From Gnetum montanum (lineage: Eukaryota > Plantae > Gnetophyta): a DNA stretch of 64,000 nucleotides. Both the position numbers and the translations under genes were made by a program. Shown here piece by piece: positions 37,635 to 49,581 of the stretch. The notes beneath the pieces were generated by a model that was not told the DNA's origin, did not search any database, and saw only the letters and a list, made by a program, of their open reading frames with translations. The first letter of the stretch is position 1; each line of letters begins with the position of its first letter. The stretch spans positions 466,014 to 530,013 of the forward strand of contig MNCI01001177.1 in assembly GCA_015680685.1 (NCBI GenBank), given 5' to 3'.

Positions 37635-40600
37635 CTATCAATATAAAAATGCATCTATCATAAATTTTAATATATAGTATTCAAGAATATAGAAAAATCT
37701 CAATGTGCTACATCATACAAAAATAACATAGATAACATAATGCTACTACTAAGCTCATGGCCCTACTTCTCTTCCATGCACTTTATGATCAAAAACTACA
37801 AGTGAGTTAATATAAATTGAGTAAGATTCTTGGCACCTTCCTTGATTGACCAAGGATAAGAACCATGGAAAAGGGCTAGAGTAAGGGAATTTTGACTTGC
37901 ATAAACATTTTAGTGTATGGGTACTTAGCATATCATATCATAGCACAACTGATCATACATCTCAAGAGTTATATGGAGCATACATAATAATATTTTCACT
38001 CCCTCAACACAATTAATAGCTAAACATAATAAAGGAGATTAGAATGCATGACACTTGGTGTAGGATATAATGTATGTTGACATGTGCACTCAATTTGGAT
38101 TCCATAGTTAAATCCAAATAACCATGACATGAATGTACAACTTATATTATTAGTTTCAACTAGCCCCATTGGTGTTGTACAACCTATCATCTTAAAACAT
38201 ACTAGTACTGGAGGTATCGAACAATCCTCTAACATTATAGAGAAAAATGAAAACTAGAAAAGGTTGTACACTTCTTCTTTTTGATAGGATGAGATCCACA
38301 ACAAGAGCCATACTAATGCACCATAATAGAAAATAGTCATTATCATTATGTGGTATCCATCGCTAACATGCCACACATCTTGGTGCTAGCTTCCAAAACA
38401 TAATCAAAATAATGCAACCAAGTTACAATCATCCAAAAGCATGAACAAGGTACAACATTTAAATAATAAGACATCATGAGCATATGGAATTTGTGGTGAA
38501 GGAATTATCAATGATAAGGGAAAGGATATCAACTAAGACCAGATAATCAAAAAAGTATATCCCCAAGAACAAGGAATCAAATTCAATAATATACAAAATT
38601 AACATTTGTTAAAACTCATGTATGACATGAGTCTTACCTTAAGAACCAATTTTTTTCATCTTTACTTCAAATCAACTAAATCTATATTCCAAGGAACTCA
38701 TTTGAGACAAATCTAGTTTTGAGAATTCATAGTCTAATGAATTACAAATATTTGATCACTCAGTCTAAGACTAAAGCTTGTTTTCTTGCTACATAGTCCA
38801 ATCAATTGTATAAATCTAGTCAACTAGATGAAGCTAGTCCCAAATCTAATGAGCATACACTATTGACTGCATGGTCTAGTTGAACCCATCATAAAATATA
38901 AGAAATTGTAAAATTTTTTATTTTCACCAATTAATCTCACAATAAGGAATTTCAAGCTACAATTAAGAAACCACAATTAAGTCACTTAGGTAACATTCCC
39001 AAGACCCAATGGCATACATAGAATTTAACACAAATAAAAGATAATCCATGATGTCATAAGAAATAATAATAGTTGAGATACAAAATTTTTATTTCAAAAT
39101 ACACAAAATCTACAACCATGAATAACGTTACAACTAACTAGAGAATAATTAAAATTCTATACAACCTCACACATCCATGTGTAATCATGAAATATAAAAT
39201 ATGAAGAAAATAATGGAATGCAGTTTTAGGCTAGAATATAGAAACATACTAAATCATTGAAAATAAGGAAAGGATTCAATAGTTCTCACATGTATAATCT
39301 TTACATTAGAAAAACTCAAAGAAGGCATACATACAAATTGCAACTTGACCAAGCCAAAATATGTGTGTACAAACCAATGATCACACTATCACAAGTCCTC
39401 ATTTTGGCAAAGCTTTTTCATCCAAGAAACGGATGTTAGTTATGCTCTTCCAAGATGGAGAGTGGGGTTTTTATAGGAAAATCTCCTAAATTTTAGTTAA
39501 TCCTAACCCTTATCTTAATTAGATGTTTCAAAAAGAAAACTCCCAAAGAAGCTTGCCTTAACAATAATTCCATATCTTATGTAAACTTTTAATAAAGGTA
39601 AAATCATTAAAATAATAGCCTAAATAACTTGTTATTTTTATTAAATAAGATAATAAAAATATAAACTAATTCTCACACATGTAACTCCAATGTATTAATA
39701 AAAAGGATCATCATTCAAAGTCTAATGTTAGTCTTTTTAAGGTGGGGTCTTGGGAGGTATGGTGGATGAACAAAAGCCTAACCTCTTTTAAGTAGCTTTG
39801 TCTAGACTTGAAACCACGTCTTACAATTTGAGAAACAAGCACCTTACTATCACTTCAAATGATAGTCCATTTAACTCCAACATATTAATAAATATAAAAC
39901 ATACTAATTTCATATGTATTAACCATCATGAATTAATAATAATGACAATAATATTAATGCATAGTGACCTCACCACTACTAAAATATTAAAGAAAAGATA
40001 CAAAAAAATTATACTAACATGTAGAAATATGAAAAATGAAATACTAATTATATGTAATGCACATACATCATGTGCTTGTCAAAGTATGCCCATGCCCACA
40101 TTAATATATATGGTACCTGCTAGCTCATGTAATCAGGTTAATGCAAAATAAAGCCAAGAAATAAATCATAAAAGCATATTATATATCATATATATAAATT
40201 AATCATATAAATACATATAAACTAGCATATACAATACATGTAAAATATTCAATATCATGGTAAATGATACTAAATTAAGGTATTATAAGATGAATTTCAT
40301 GAAGCTAGAAACTAAGCACATAGGTTACTAAACCACATAATCAAGTTAGCACTACATAATAATTGTTACAATTGCAAACATCAAACACTAGTATCAACAC
40401 AAAAATAATAATATTGCATCCATCATCATCCCAAATCCTAAAACATTTAACATTGAAGGTTAGAATCTTTTCTTAGTTTTAGTATGTGTCAACCATCAAG
40501 TTAGCATAAGTACTTATTGTGTACATTAATATTTTTATCAATAACACCTAGTATCTTACCTATAGGACTTTATTTTAGAATTTTCGATTTCATGTGAAAG

Positions 40601-40764
40601 TGATAGCGTATTGCATACAACTCCCATCTTCATTCGAAATGGAGCCCAAATGAGAATATTTTGCATTACAATTAAAAGAATAATGTATTAAATTTTAGGG
40701 TTTCCCATGAAAAAATTGACCTCTCCCTTCATGTTAGCTTCATTTATCAAGTTTATAAACATAT
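37635..40764 (-). mobile_element. Very decayed, AT-rich retroelement remnant (possible Ty3 gag/protease and LTR)
   Basis: Minus-strand NVRGLFDTSST (~38200-38235) resembles a protease LFD(S/T)GAT motif; CCTATAAAAACCCC promoter-like motif ~39465-39478; no clear boundaries. Confidence 0.3.
39741..39853 (-). mobile_element. Possible degenerate Au-like (tRNA/RTE-related) SINE fragment
   Basis: GGTGGGGTCTTGGGAGG...GCCTAACC...GACTTGAAACC...ACCTTAC resembles the Au SINE/RTE tail as recalled; minus strand has B-box-like GGTTTCAAGTC. Confidence 0.3.
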
Positions 40765-43700
40765 TGATGAGTCATGATAGACAAGTTGAATTGACGGACA
40801 TGCGTTGATGCAGCCTCATTAATGTATCGTCTTCGATGCATGGTAGGATGTGTTGATATAGATGCATCGATGTTGATGCAAGTAGTGCCTATATAAATGC
40901 ACTTAGTACTTGCATTTATGACACTTAGAAATTATAATGTAGTCAAGTTCTTATAGTTTCTCCTTCCTAGAGTTAGAATATCTTTCCTGTAAGTGCTCAC
41001 AGTTTGGATTTAATAGATTGTACAATGCTTTAACTGAGTGCCTATGTACTTGAATGCATTGGCATGAATGATAATAAAGGTAAGATTTCATACATCCATT
41101 GTAGTAGTTAAATTAGTTTACTCTTTACATTTAGCACTTTACTTTTCATGCAAGTTACACTTCTGGATTTAAATAATTAATGCAATTAACCATAAATATG
41201 TAAGTACAACCACTTCTAGCATAACATATTATGCTTGGTGATTAGTGGCGAGGTACCCTTACGCTCAACCATACAAATACAAGCGTTTCATGCATGATCC
41301 AATCGAATTCCAAGGACTAAGTGCCTATGCACCTTTGTGGAACAAGGACAGGTTGGTTGATCATTGTCTTCCCAAAATTACTTGTATGTCATGATTGTAT
41401 GGTTAAGTAAGCTTGAGGCATATGATTTTTATAACTTTTATGTTTTTATGTCCTACTGCTAATAAGGAAGGAGAGAGAGATAACTAAGTGACCAATTTAA
41501 CTTAAGTACTGATTAACTAGGCTTTAAACTAATCCTAACACCAGTATCTGTTCTCACTTGCCGTACACATCCTGAACTAATGCAACACTACTGGGATTAC
41601 CAAACACTAATTGTTACTGGGTTACCAAGTGTTACATGCATGCTCGAAGTGATTGTACTGTGTGTGCTAATAATAGAAATGTAAAGTGCATAAAATAAAA
41701 TAAAATAATAAAATAAAATAAATGTAGAAGAAAATAAAATAAAGGAAATGAGTAAGAAAACAAATCTCAAGTGCTGCAAGGATGAATCCAAGAGCTCGCC
41801 TTTATTGCCGTACACAAGGTGTGCTCAGGTACACAATGCTCGAATAAAGATCCATCCATACTTAGACCTCCTGATGTGGGCACTTGGCTAGAGTTTCGCT
41901 ACTTGACTCCTAGAAGACTTCCTCCTTTGAATTCTTATTCTTTATTCTTCTTCTTCTTCTTAACTTCTCCTATTGTGTGCCTGGGCATTGTATTTATAGG
42001 CTTGGAAGCAACTACTCTAATAATTAAAAAAACTTCCACTCTAATTTTAGAGAGAAATTGCCACTCTAATTTTAGAGAAACTTCCCCTCTAATAATAACC
42101 ACTCTAATAATTAGAGTAACCACCCTAATAATAACCACTCTAATTATTAGAGTAACTACTCTAATAATAAACACTCTAATTATTAGAGTAACCACTCTCA
42201 TCACTTGGTAATCCCAGTAGTGGGTATTTGGTATGCCTACTAATAGCCACTTGGTAACCCAGTAGCGATAATACTAGTTTGAGATGAGGATGGAAAGTGG
42301 GAATAGTTGTTTTACATTAAGATAGTTAGTTACTAGATTAGTTGATTAGTTAGATAATTAATTATTAAACCTCTATTTACTCATCTATCAATTAGGATAA
42401 AAAATATATTAAAAATATCAGATCTTTGTTACTAGATTAGCTGATTAGTTTAGGCATTATGTGCTTGGATATCAGATCTTTGTCCACACATGCCATAGTG
42501 CCATTAGGTTCCTAATGAATAAGCTAGTGGTGAGCCCCTGTGTTGTATGATGACTAGTAATTCTACAAGAGTTCGATCTTACGATGATGGATAAAAAGGG
42601 AACTAAGAACATGGTTGTTGATCACATGTCTTGGTTACAATGGAATAATAAAGAGGGCAAGGAGCCTTTATCTGATCAATTTTTAGATGAACTCCTCTTT
42701 GCAAAAGCTATTGAAGTTTAAGATCTCAAAGGTCCTAATTGGTACAATGAATTCCTTCTTATTTTCTAACTTAAGAGACTCCTTAATAATGGGACAGTAA
42801 TAAGAAACAAAAATTTCTTTACCAAGTCAAGCATTTTATGGAGATCAAAGGTAACCTTTATAAGGTTTGTGTTGATGACTTGGTATGATGGGGTGTGCCT
42901 AATGCTGATCAACTATGGATCCTCCAAGATGCTCATGAAGGACCTTATAGGGGCTATTATGTAGGGAGGAGGATGGTTGTGAAAATGACCATGGCAAGAT
43001 ACTTTTGGTTGAAAATCTTTAGGGATACTCATCAATTTTTCCATTCGTTTGAGCATTGCCAAAGAGATGGAGGAATGATTGTATGAATGAAAGGGCCCCA
43101 ACAATGGATCCAACCATTGGAGTCTTTTGACCTCTAGGGCATTAAATTCAGGGGGTCCATCAACCCTATGTCCAATGAAAAGGCAAATATCATTGTAGGG
43201 ATTGACTACTGCGCTAAGTGGGTCAAAGTTGTAGTTTTCATTAACTACTCATCTTCCACTACAACACAGTTTGTTTAATAGAATGTGGTAAATAGATTTG
43301 GTATGCCTAAGGCACTTATTTCTAATAATGAAACTCACTTTACAAGTGCTACTTTTCAGAAACTGATGTAATGCTTAGGGGTGCAACATAAATTAACTCT
43401 ATATCATCCCTAAGCTAATGGTCAAGCCTAAGTTACTAACAAGAAAATAACCAAAATACTAACATGCATAATTAGTAAACATAGGAAGGATTGGAGCATA
43501 AAACTCAACGATGCTATATGGGCTTATCGATCAACTTGAAAACTTCCTATAGGTTATTCTTTGTATAAGTTGGTGTATGAAAAAATATCAATACTTCTAA
43601 TTTAAGCTAAGCTCTATACACTTTCAATGACCTATGAGCTTAATCTTGATCTAAGCCTAGCACAAAAGGAATGCCTAATGATACTAAAAGTGATACACAA

Positions 43701-43852
43701 GAATTGCCAACTAGCCCTATCAACGAATGAAGTGCACAAGGCACATACTAAATAATGTCATGATGCACACATTAGGGGAGTTAAATTTCAACTGGGTAAT
43801 AAGATTCTTTATTAGAGCCCCATACATGTACCAAAATGTATAAAATTTTAAA
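40765..43852 (+). mobile_element. Element G: Athila-like remnant (partial LTR fused by deletion to an RH-INT fragment)
   Basis: TGATGAGTCATG LTR start, TATATAAAT ~40890; LTR resumes after the solo LTR at 42204; pol from ~42449: FRHYVLGYQIFVHT, HEGPYRGYY, DYCAKWV, NNETHF. Confidence 0.8.
41239..42203 (-). mobile_element. Athila-type solo LTR nested in the LTR of element G
   Basis: TGATTAG...CTCATCA termini, TSD CTTGG at 41234-41238 and 42204-42208; ~36-bp tandem repeats at ~42010-42200. Confidence 0.9.
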
Positions 43853-44916
43853 TGTTGGAGCAAGTTTGCTCCACAATTAAATCATCTTTAATGCATGAAA
43901 TCCATATATTATGCAAAGACAAAAGTTTTTGCTGGTAAATAAGAAAGCTAGCTATCTTCAATTAATTTATTAGAAGATTACAACAGGGTTCACAAAACCC
44001 ACAACATCCAAAACCTATCAAACTCAACCAATATTGTAGAGCATGAGGCTCTACAGCTACATAATAGCTATTCTTAAAGCAAGACACAACCAATATAAAT
44101 CTTTCCCTCAACACAAGATTAAGATATTAACTCATAAGTGAGATACAAGAGAATAAAATACATAGACCAACACACCACAAGTCAATCTAGGAGCTACAAT
44201 CACCGATTGCAATCACCCAATGTGCTCACCCACTCTCTCTTGCTTAGCTCTCCACTCTTAAGAGCATTTTCTCTCACTCATCCTCTATCAATAGTGATCA
44301 ATACATTAGTATTTATGTGAAATTGGAAGATAAGAATCCTAGAAACCTTTCCTCAACTCATCTTGAGGTTTTATAGGTGTTTTCGAAGTCTTCTCACTTT
44401 CTCCCCAACTATTTCCATGACATTCTAACTATTTCCTAAATTAGGATGGGCATTTTTAAAAGTTTCCCCATCTATCTAGGTCACCTCTAACTTTTCTAGG
44501 ATGTCTCTTATGAAAACCCAACTTTTGGCTAAGACATCTGCTATTTTTCTAGGATGTCCCATCTAATCCTAGGATGTTTCAAATTCTAGTGGGACATATC
44601 AACTCAGATGTCCCAGTTTTTGGTGGAACGTCCCACCTGTAGGGGCTAAATATGAAAATTCTTGTTTGGATGTTTGGAACCTTTGGATGCCTCCAAACAA
44701 GTTTGCATAGGTCTTGGAATTCCATAGACTCATCAAAATGAGTTCAAAATACCTTAAAACATGCCAAAACATCCATGAATCATCATCAGTGGAATTCAAC
44801 ATAAGAAGACATACAAAAATAGGATACACTCATCTAGGTCTTCTTCAAGTGTGAAACTTGCAAAAACAACTTGTAGGAAAAAGCACAAGGAAATTGGGAG
44901 AGGTGTTCCTACATAA
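43853..44916 (-). repeat. 3' LTR of chromovirus element E
   Basis: Minus-strand PPT GGGTGGGAGAGC then T(T)ATGTAGG; other end ...GCTCCAACA; boundaries approximate. Confidence 0.6.
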
Positions 44917-44919
44917 GCT

Positions 44920-47026
44920 CTCCCACCCTTCAAAAAGTGAGCTCATGTGAATAAGGGAGTAGAGGTTGAAGTGATTTCCCACTTAACAAGTTTGGTCTCA
45001 TGAACTCATATAGCATAATTAGCAGATTTATGCTTCTAATAAATCAAATATTTAAGCCTCTTGACTCCTTGAGTGCTAGAAGCTTCACTCTACTTACGTA
45101 AAATTACCTTCTTCTTCATTAAAGGCTTGGATTGATTAATAGCTCCCTTCAACTCATCGATGTTACCTTGTATGATCTCCTCATTAGCTGGTCCATGATA
45201 GTGCACAAGATTTGAAACATTAAACACAAAAGACATACCAACATCATTTGGTAAATCAATCTTAAAAGCATTATCATTAATTTTAGCCTTGATTTTGAAA
45301 GGCTCCATCTTCTTGGCTTTCAATTTGGAGAAGTTAACATCTCTTAACCACTTCTTCTTCAAGTGCACCTAAACCAAGTTACCAATAGAAAAATTAGGTT
45401 TTTGCTTATTCTCATTCCTCTAAAGGACTTTCTCTTCAGCCTTCTTCTTAAGATTTGATTTGACTTATGCATGGAGATTCCTCATATCTTACATAAAATC
45501 AGTACAATGTTGAGCTTCATCATTAAAGATCTTTAAAGTATTCACCATCTTTGGACAAAACACATAATTCACCTCAAATGGAATTTTGCCAATAGTAACA
45601 TGAAAAGCATTATTATACAAAAATTCAGCATGACAGAACAAGTTTTTGCACCTATTTGATTGTCCATCACATAAACATCTCAATATGTTTAGCAAGGATT
45701 TATTGACCACCTTCATTTGGCCATCAGATTGTAGATAATATGCATTAGAAAAATTCAACTTTATCCCTAAAATATTCCGAAGGGACCTAAAAAATGACTT
45801 ATGAACTTGGAGTCTCTATCACTAATAATATTCAAAGGAATACCATGCAACTTCACAACATGCTCAAAAAATAGATTTGTCACATGAGAATAATCCTACA
45901 TCTTCTTGCATATAATAAAATGTGCCATCTTGAATAACCTATCCACAACAAAAAAATTGCATCGTTCCCACTCTTGGCCTTTGGAATACCACTCACAAAC
46001 TCCATTGACACACTTTCCCATGGTCCTTGGAAATTGGCAAAGGCATATAGTGTTCATTCATACCTTTAACTCCTTTGAAATTTTGACATGTCTAGCACTT
46101 CTTCACAAATTTTGAAGCTTCTATTGCCATACCAGGATAAAAATAGTGCCTACCCATAGGTTCCAATGTTTTATCCTTGCCCATGTGACCTGCCATGCCA
46201 CTAGAATGCTTTTCAAGAAAAATATTTTCCTAAAATCATAATTAGTAATATATAATTTTTCATTCTTAAATAATGGTTCATCTTGAATACGATAGTTCCT
46301 CTATCAGTCTATTCTATTCATCAATAGCTTTTTGAGGGTCCTCCAAACCTACCAAAAATCAACATTATGCTCATACAAAGAAGAAAAATCACCCATACCT
46401 TTCACATGAGGTACACTAAAATTTACCACATGCACCTTGGATAATGCATCAGTGACCACATTAGTTTTTCCACTTTTGTGCTTCAACACAAAATGGAACT
46501 CTTGTAACTATGCAACCCACTTCATATGCTTTGCATTCAACTCCTTTTATGAGTTTAGAAATTGAAGTGCTTTGTGGTCCATTATCAAAGTGAATTCCTT
46601 GGGCAATAAGTAATGCCTCTAATGCTTGATTGCTTGAAGAATAGTGTACAACTCCTTCTCATATACACTATATTTTGCCCTTGACTCATTCGACTTTTTA
46701 AGAAAAGAAAGCAACAAGCCTACCTTCTTGTGAAAGTACCCCACTAATGGCAAGTCCACTTTCATCCACCTCCATTTGAAAAAGCTTATAAAAATCTGGA
46801 ATTGCAAGCAATGGTTCAATAGTAATATTTGATTTTAACAAGTCAAAGCTCCCTTAAATTTCATTATCCCACCTAGATTCTTTATTTTTCTTCAACAAAG
46901 CAAACATAGGTCATGAAATACCACTAAAATTTTTTATGAACCATCTATAAAAACCTTCTAAATTAAGAAATGATCTTACCTCCCCAACATTCTTAGGAAT
47001 TGGCTAATCCCTTATAGCCTTTACCT
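44920..47026 (-). pseudogene. pol: Element E pol (RT end, RH, INT, chromodomain): CRM-like chromovirus
   Basis: EVRSFL...FYRWFIKNFS; YSVYEKELYTILQAIKH.RHYL; QSDGQMKVVNKSL; SKLKAKKMEPFKIKAKINDNAFKIDLP...FNVSNL; chromodomain-like KYLIY(W)KHKSANYAI(W)VHE at ~44995-45060. Confidence 0.85.
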
Positions 47027-48052
47027 TGGTAGCTTCCATTTAATTTTTTTTTTAAGAAACCACATGCCTTAAATGTGATTTTCCTCTTGAAGAAATTGTT
47101 GTCATTGAAAATATCAATCATTGGAAGAAACCAAAGATTATCAGTTGTAGGTAGCCTCAACCCTAAATCCCCTAGGGCCTCTACAAGAAAAATGGAATTC
47201 AAGGTACCTTGGATGGTCTAGTAGATCACCTAGGGACTTGAGGGGGGTGCAAAATGAGGGTAGAAAAGCAAAAAGATGCAGATCTATAAAATAGTGCACT
47301 AAAAATACAACAATTATTTCTGAAATTGTACACAAAATAAAATCATAAACTTTATTAAATAAACAAAGAATGGATTCAATAGTGTGTACAAATTTAGTGC
47401 CCAAAAGGGGAGCAATGGGGGGTTCACTTGGGTAGGGGTTTAGAGCCTATTGAAGCCATAATTAACTCCATGATTTGGTATCTTTGCCACTCCTAATGTT
47501 ATTGAAACTTCTTTGTTACCACCTTAGATCTACAATGTTGGTTACTATTGGGGTTATGGAAGTGTGAAGGATTAGGGTAGCCAAATTGCACCATGTTGGG
47601 ATTTGGTGATCTCGGGGGGGGGGGGGGGGGGGGGGGGGGTTGTAACGTTGACTCCCAAAACTCATAGATCCAAAGTGGGGAGTAATAGGGGGTAACAAGT
47701 TACAGGGGGCCCACACTGCTAGGCATCAAAGAGCTGTGTTTTTTCTAAGGAAGTGAGAGCTCTTGGATGTTAAAATGTCAAGGGTGCTAAATTTCCAAAG
47801 TGTGGAACCTTGTCTTGGTGGCAAGGTTTGGTTTTTTTAGGGTTATGACCATGATTCAAGTTGCAAATAGGTTGCAAATGGTTGACATGATTGGCTAAAA
47901 ATTGGCTACCAAATTGTTGAAAATTAGCTGCCATGTTTAGGGGGGTAAGTGAGATCCATGCCCATGCATCTTAGCTGTATGGATCCTCAATGCTATATGA
48001 CCTCCTCTCTCCTAGTTGGTTGCACACCCCCCACACCCCACCCCACCCCTCC

Positions 48053-48105
<53 letters not shown>

Positions 48106-48581
48106 AGGGAAGGGGGTGGGGAAAGAGTATCAACGTTAAGGGGGAATGGGAAGTCAATGCTAGGGATGAAGGTTAACCCCTCCAGGCTGGGTCACCCCTC
48201 TTTCCACACTAAGGGTAGGTGAGTTCCACCCCCCTTACACTCCTCCATGCTAGCCTTAAGGTCTCCTAGTTGGATTACCTCCTTGTAGGGGTGTTTTAAC
48301 ATAGAGAAATGTATACCCCAAGAAAACCCATAAATTACCATTTTTGGCATTCCAAAAGGCATTTTTGACTCCCCTAAGCCTAAATATAGACATGAGGTAA
48401 CTCTTTTCACTTGCGGAATGAGGCTTTAGTCACTTATGAAGCATTTTTTAGTCCCAAAAGTATGAAACATGTGAGATTTCCCCTTTATGGATTACAACTT
48501 TCACATTTAAAATAACATATTATCTTGGGTTTCATGGGATGGGATTACCAAGGTTTTAACATGCAAATTTGATGGTGTTCA
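47027..48581 (-). repeat. 3' LTR of element F
   Basis: Ends GATGGTGTTCA next to CCCTCTTTGTTG (PPT) as in A and C; left boundary inferred from loss of element E RT homology; long G (47613-47639) and C (~48050-48104) tracts. Confidence 0.7.
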
Positions 48582-49174
48582 TTTATCCCTCTTTGTTGGT
48601 ATCTGGAGGACTAACTTGAGAGACACTGACAAAAAAATATACAACACAACTACAAGTCCACCACCAATGTCCCCTCTCCATGCTTGATCTAGTTATGTCA
48701 ATCCATGTCAAAGAGTGCTTATGATGATGGGATTGGATTACGAAGATGAAGGAATGGTAGTGGTAGTTAGGAAGATGGTCATGGAGGTTAAAGATGCATT
48801 CCAAGTGTTGTCACCATCGTTGTAGCATGGTACCGACATATGAATATAGTGCATGAATGGAAAATATAGGTCAATATCATTGCTCAAGGTAGGGAAAGTT
48901 ATCATTAGGCTAGGGGGTTGGGCTTCAAGGACTAGTGTTATAGAGAGCAATGATTCAAGCACTCTTGACATAGTAGGACAAACTCACTGAATCTTACGCA
49001 TCAAGGTTATGTGGTGATTTGCTACTGTAATGAGTTGCACTTTTACGATGGCTTTAGGATTCATCCGACAAACACAACTCTAAGAGGAAAAGAAAACCAA
49101 GCATGTTAAATTATTATAATGCATATATAGACCACATGGAGAATAAAACAAAACCACTTAGCTCACAAATGTTT

Positions 49175-49550
49175 GCTAGTTTAAGGCCCTAGTAGGCCAA
49201 GGTCATAGTATACCATGATGCTAGTTTAGAGTCTTAGTGGACTATGATGCCCATTTAAGGCCTTGATGGGCTGTGATGCTAGTTTAAGGCCTCAGTAAGC
49301 CATAGTTTTACTAGTTTTAGGTCCTAGGTAGGCCATGTTTTCGGTTTAAGGCCTTGGCAAGCTGTGGTGTAACCAGTTTTAGGCTTTGGAAGGTCATGTT
49401 GTTACTAGTTTTAGTCCTTGGTAGGCCATGTTATTGATTCAAGGCCTTAGTAGGCCATGTTGTTATTAGTTTTAGGCCCTGGTAGGCCAGGTTGCTAGTT
49501 TAAGGCCTCGACAAGCCATGTTGTCCATTTAAGGCCTTAACAAGCCATTC
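49175..49550. repeat. ~30-bp AGTTTAAGGCC tandem repeats downstream of the element F integrase
   Basis: About 12 imperfect units. Confidence 0.85.
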
Positions 49551-49581
49551 TAGAGTAGGCTCACTTTTTGATGACCATCGA

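Noticed and set aside
41819-42211. ORFs with TTLIIRV / IIRVVTL repeats
   Set aside because: Translation of tandem repeats inside a solo LTR
47949-48222. Poly-proline ORFs
   Set aside because: Artefact of the C homopolymer in an LTR
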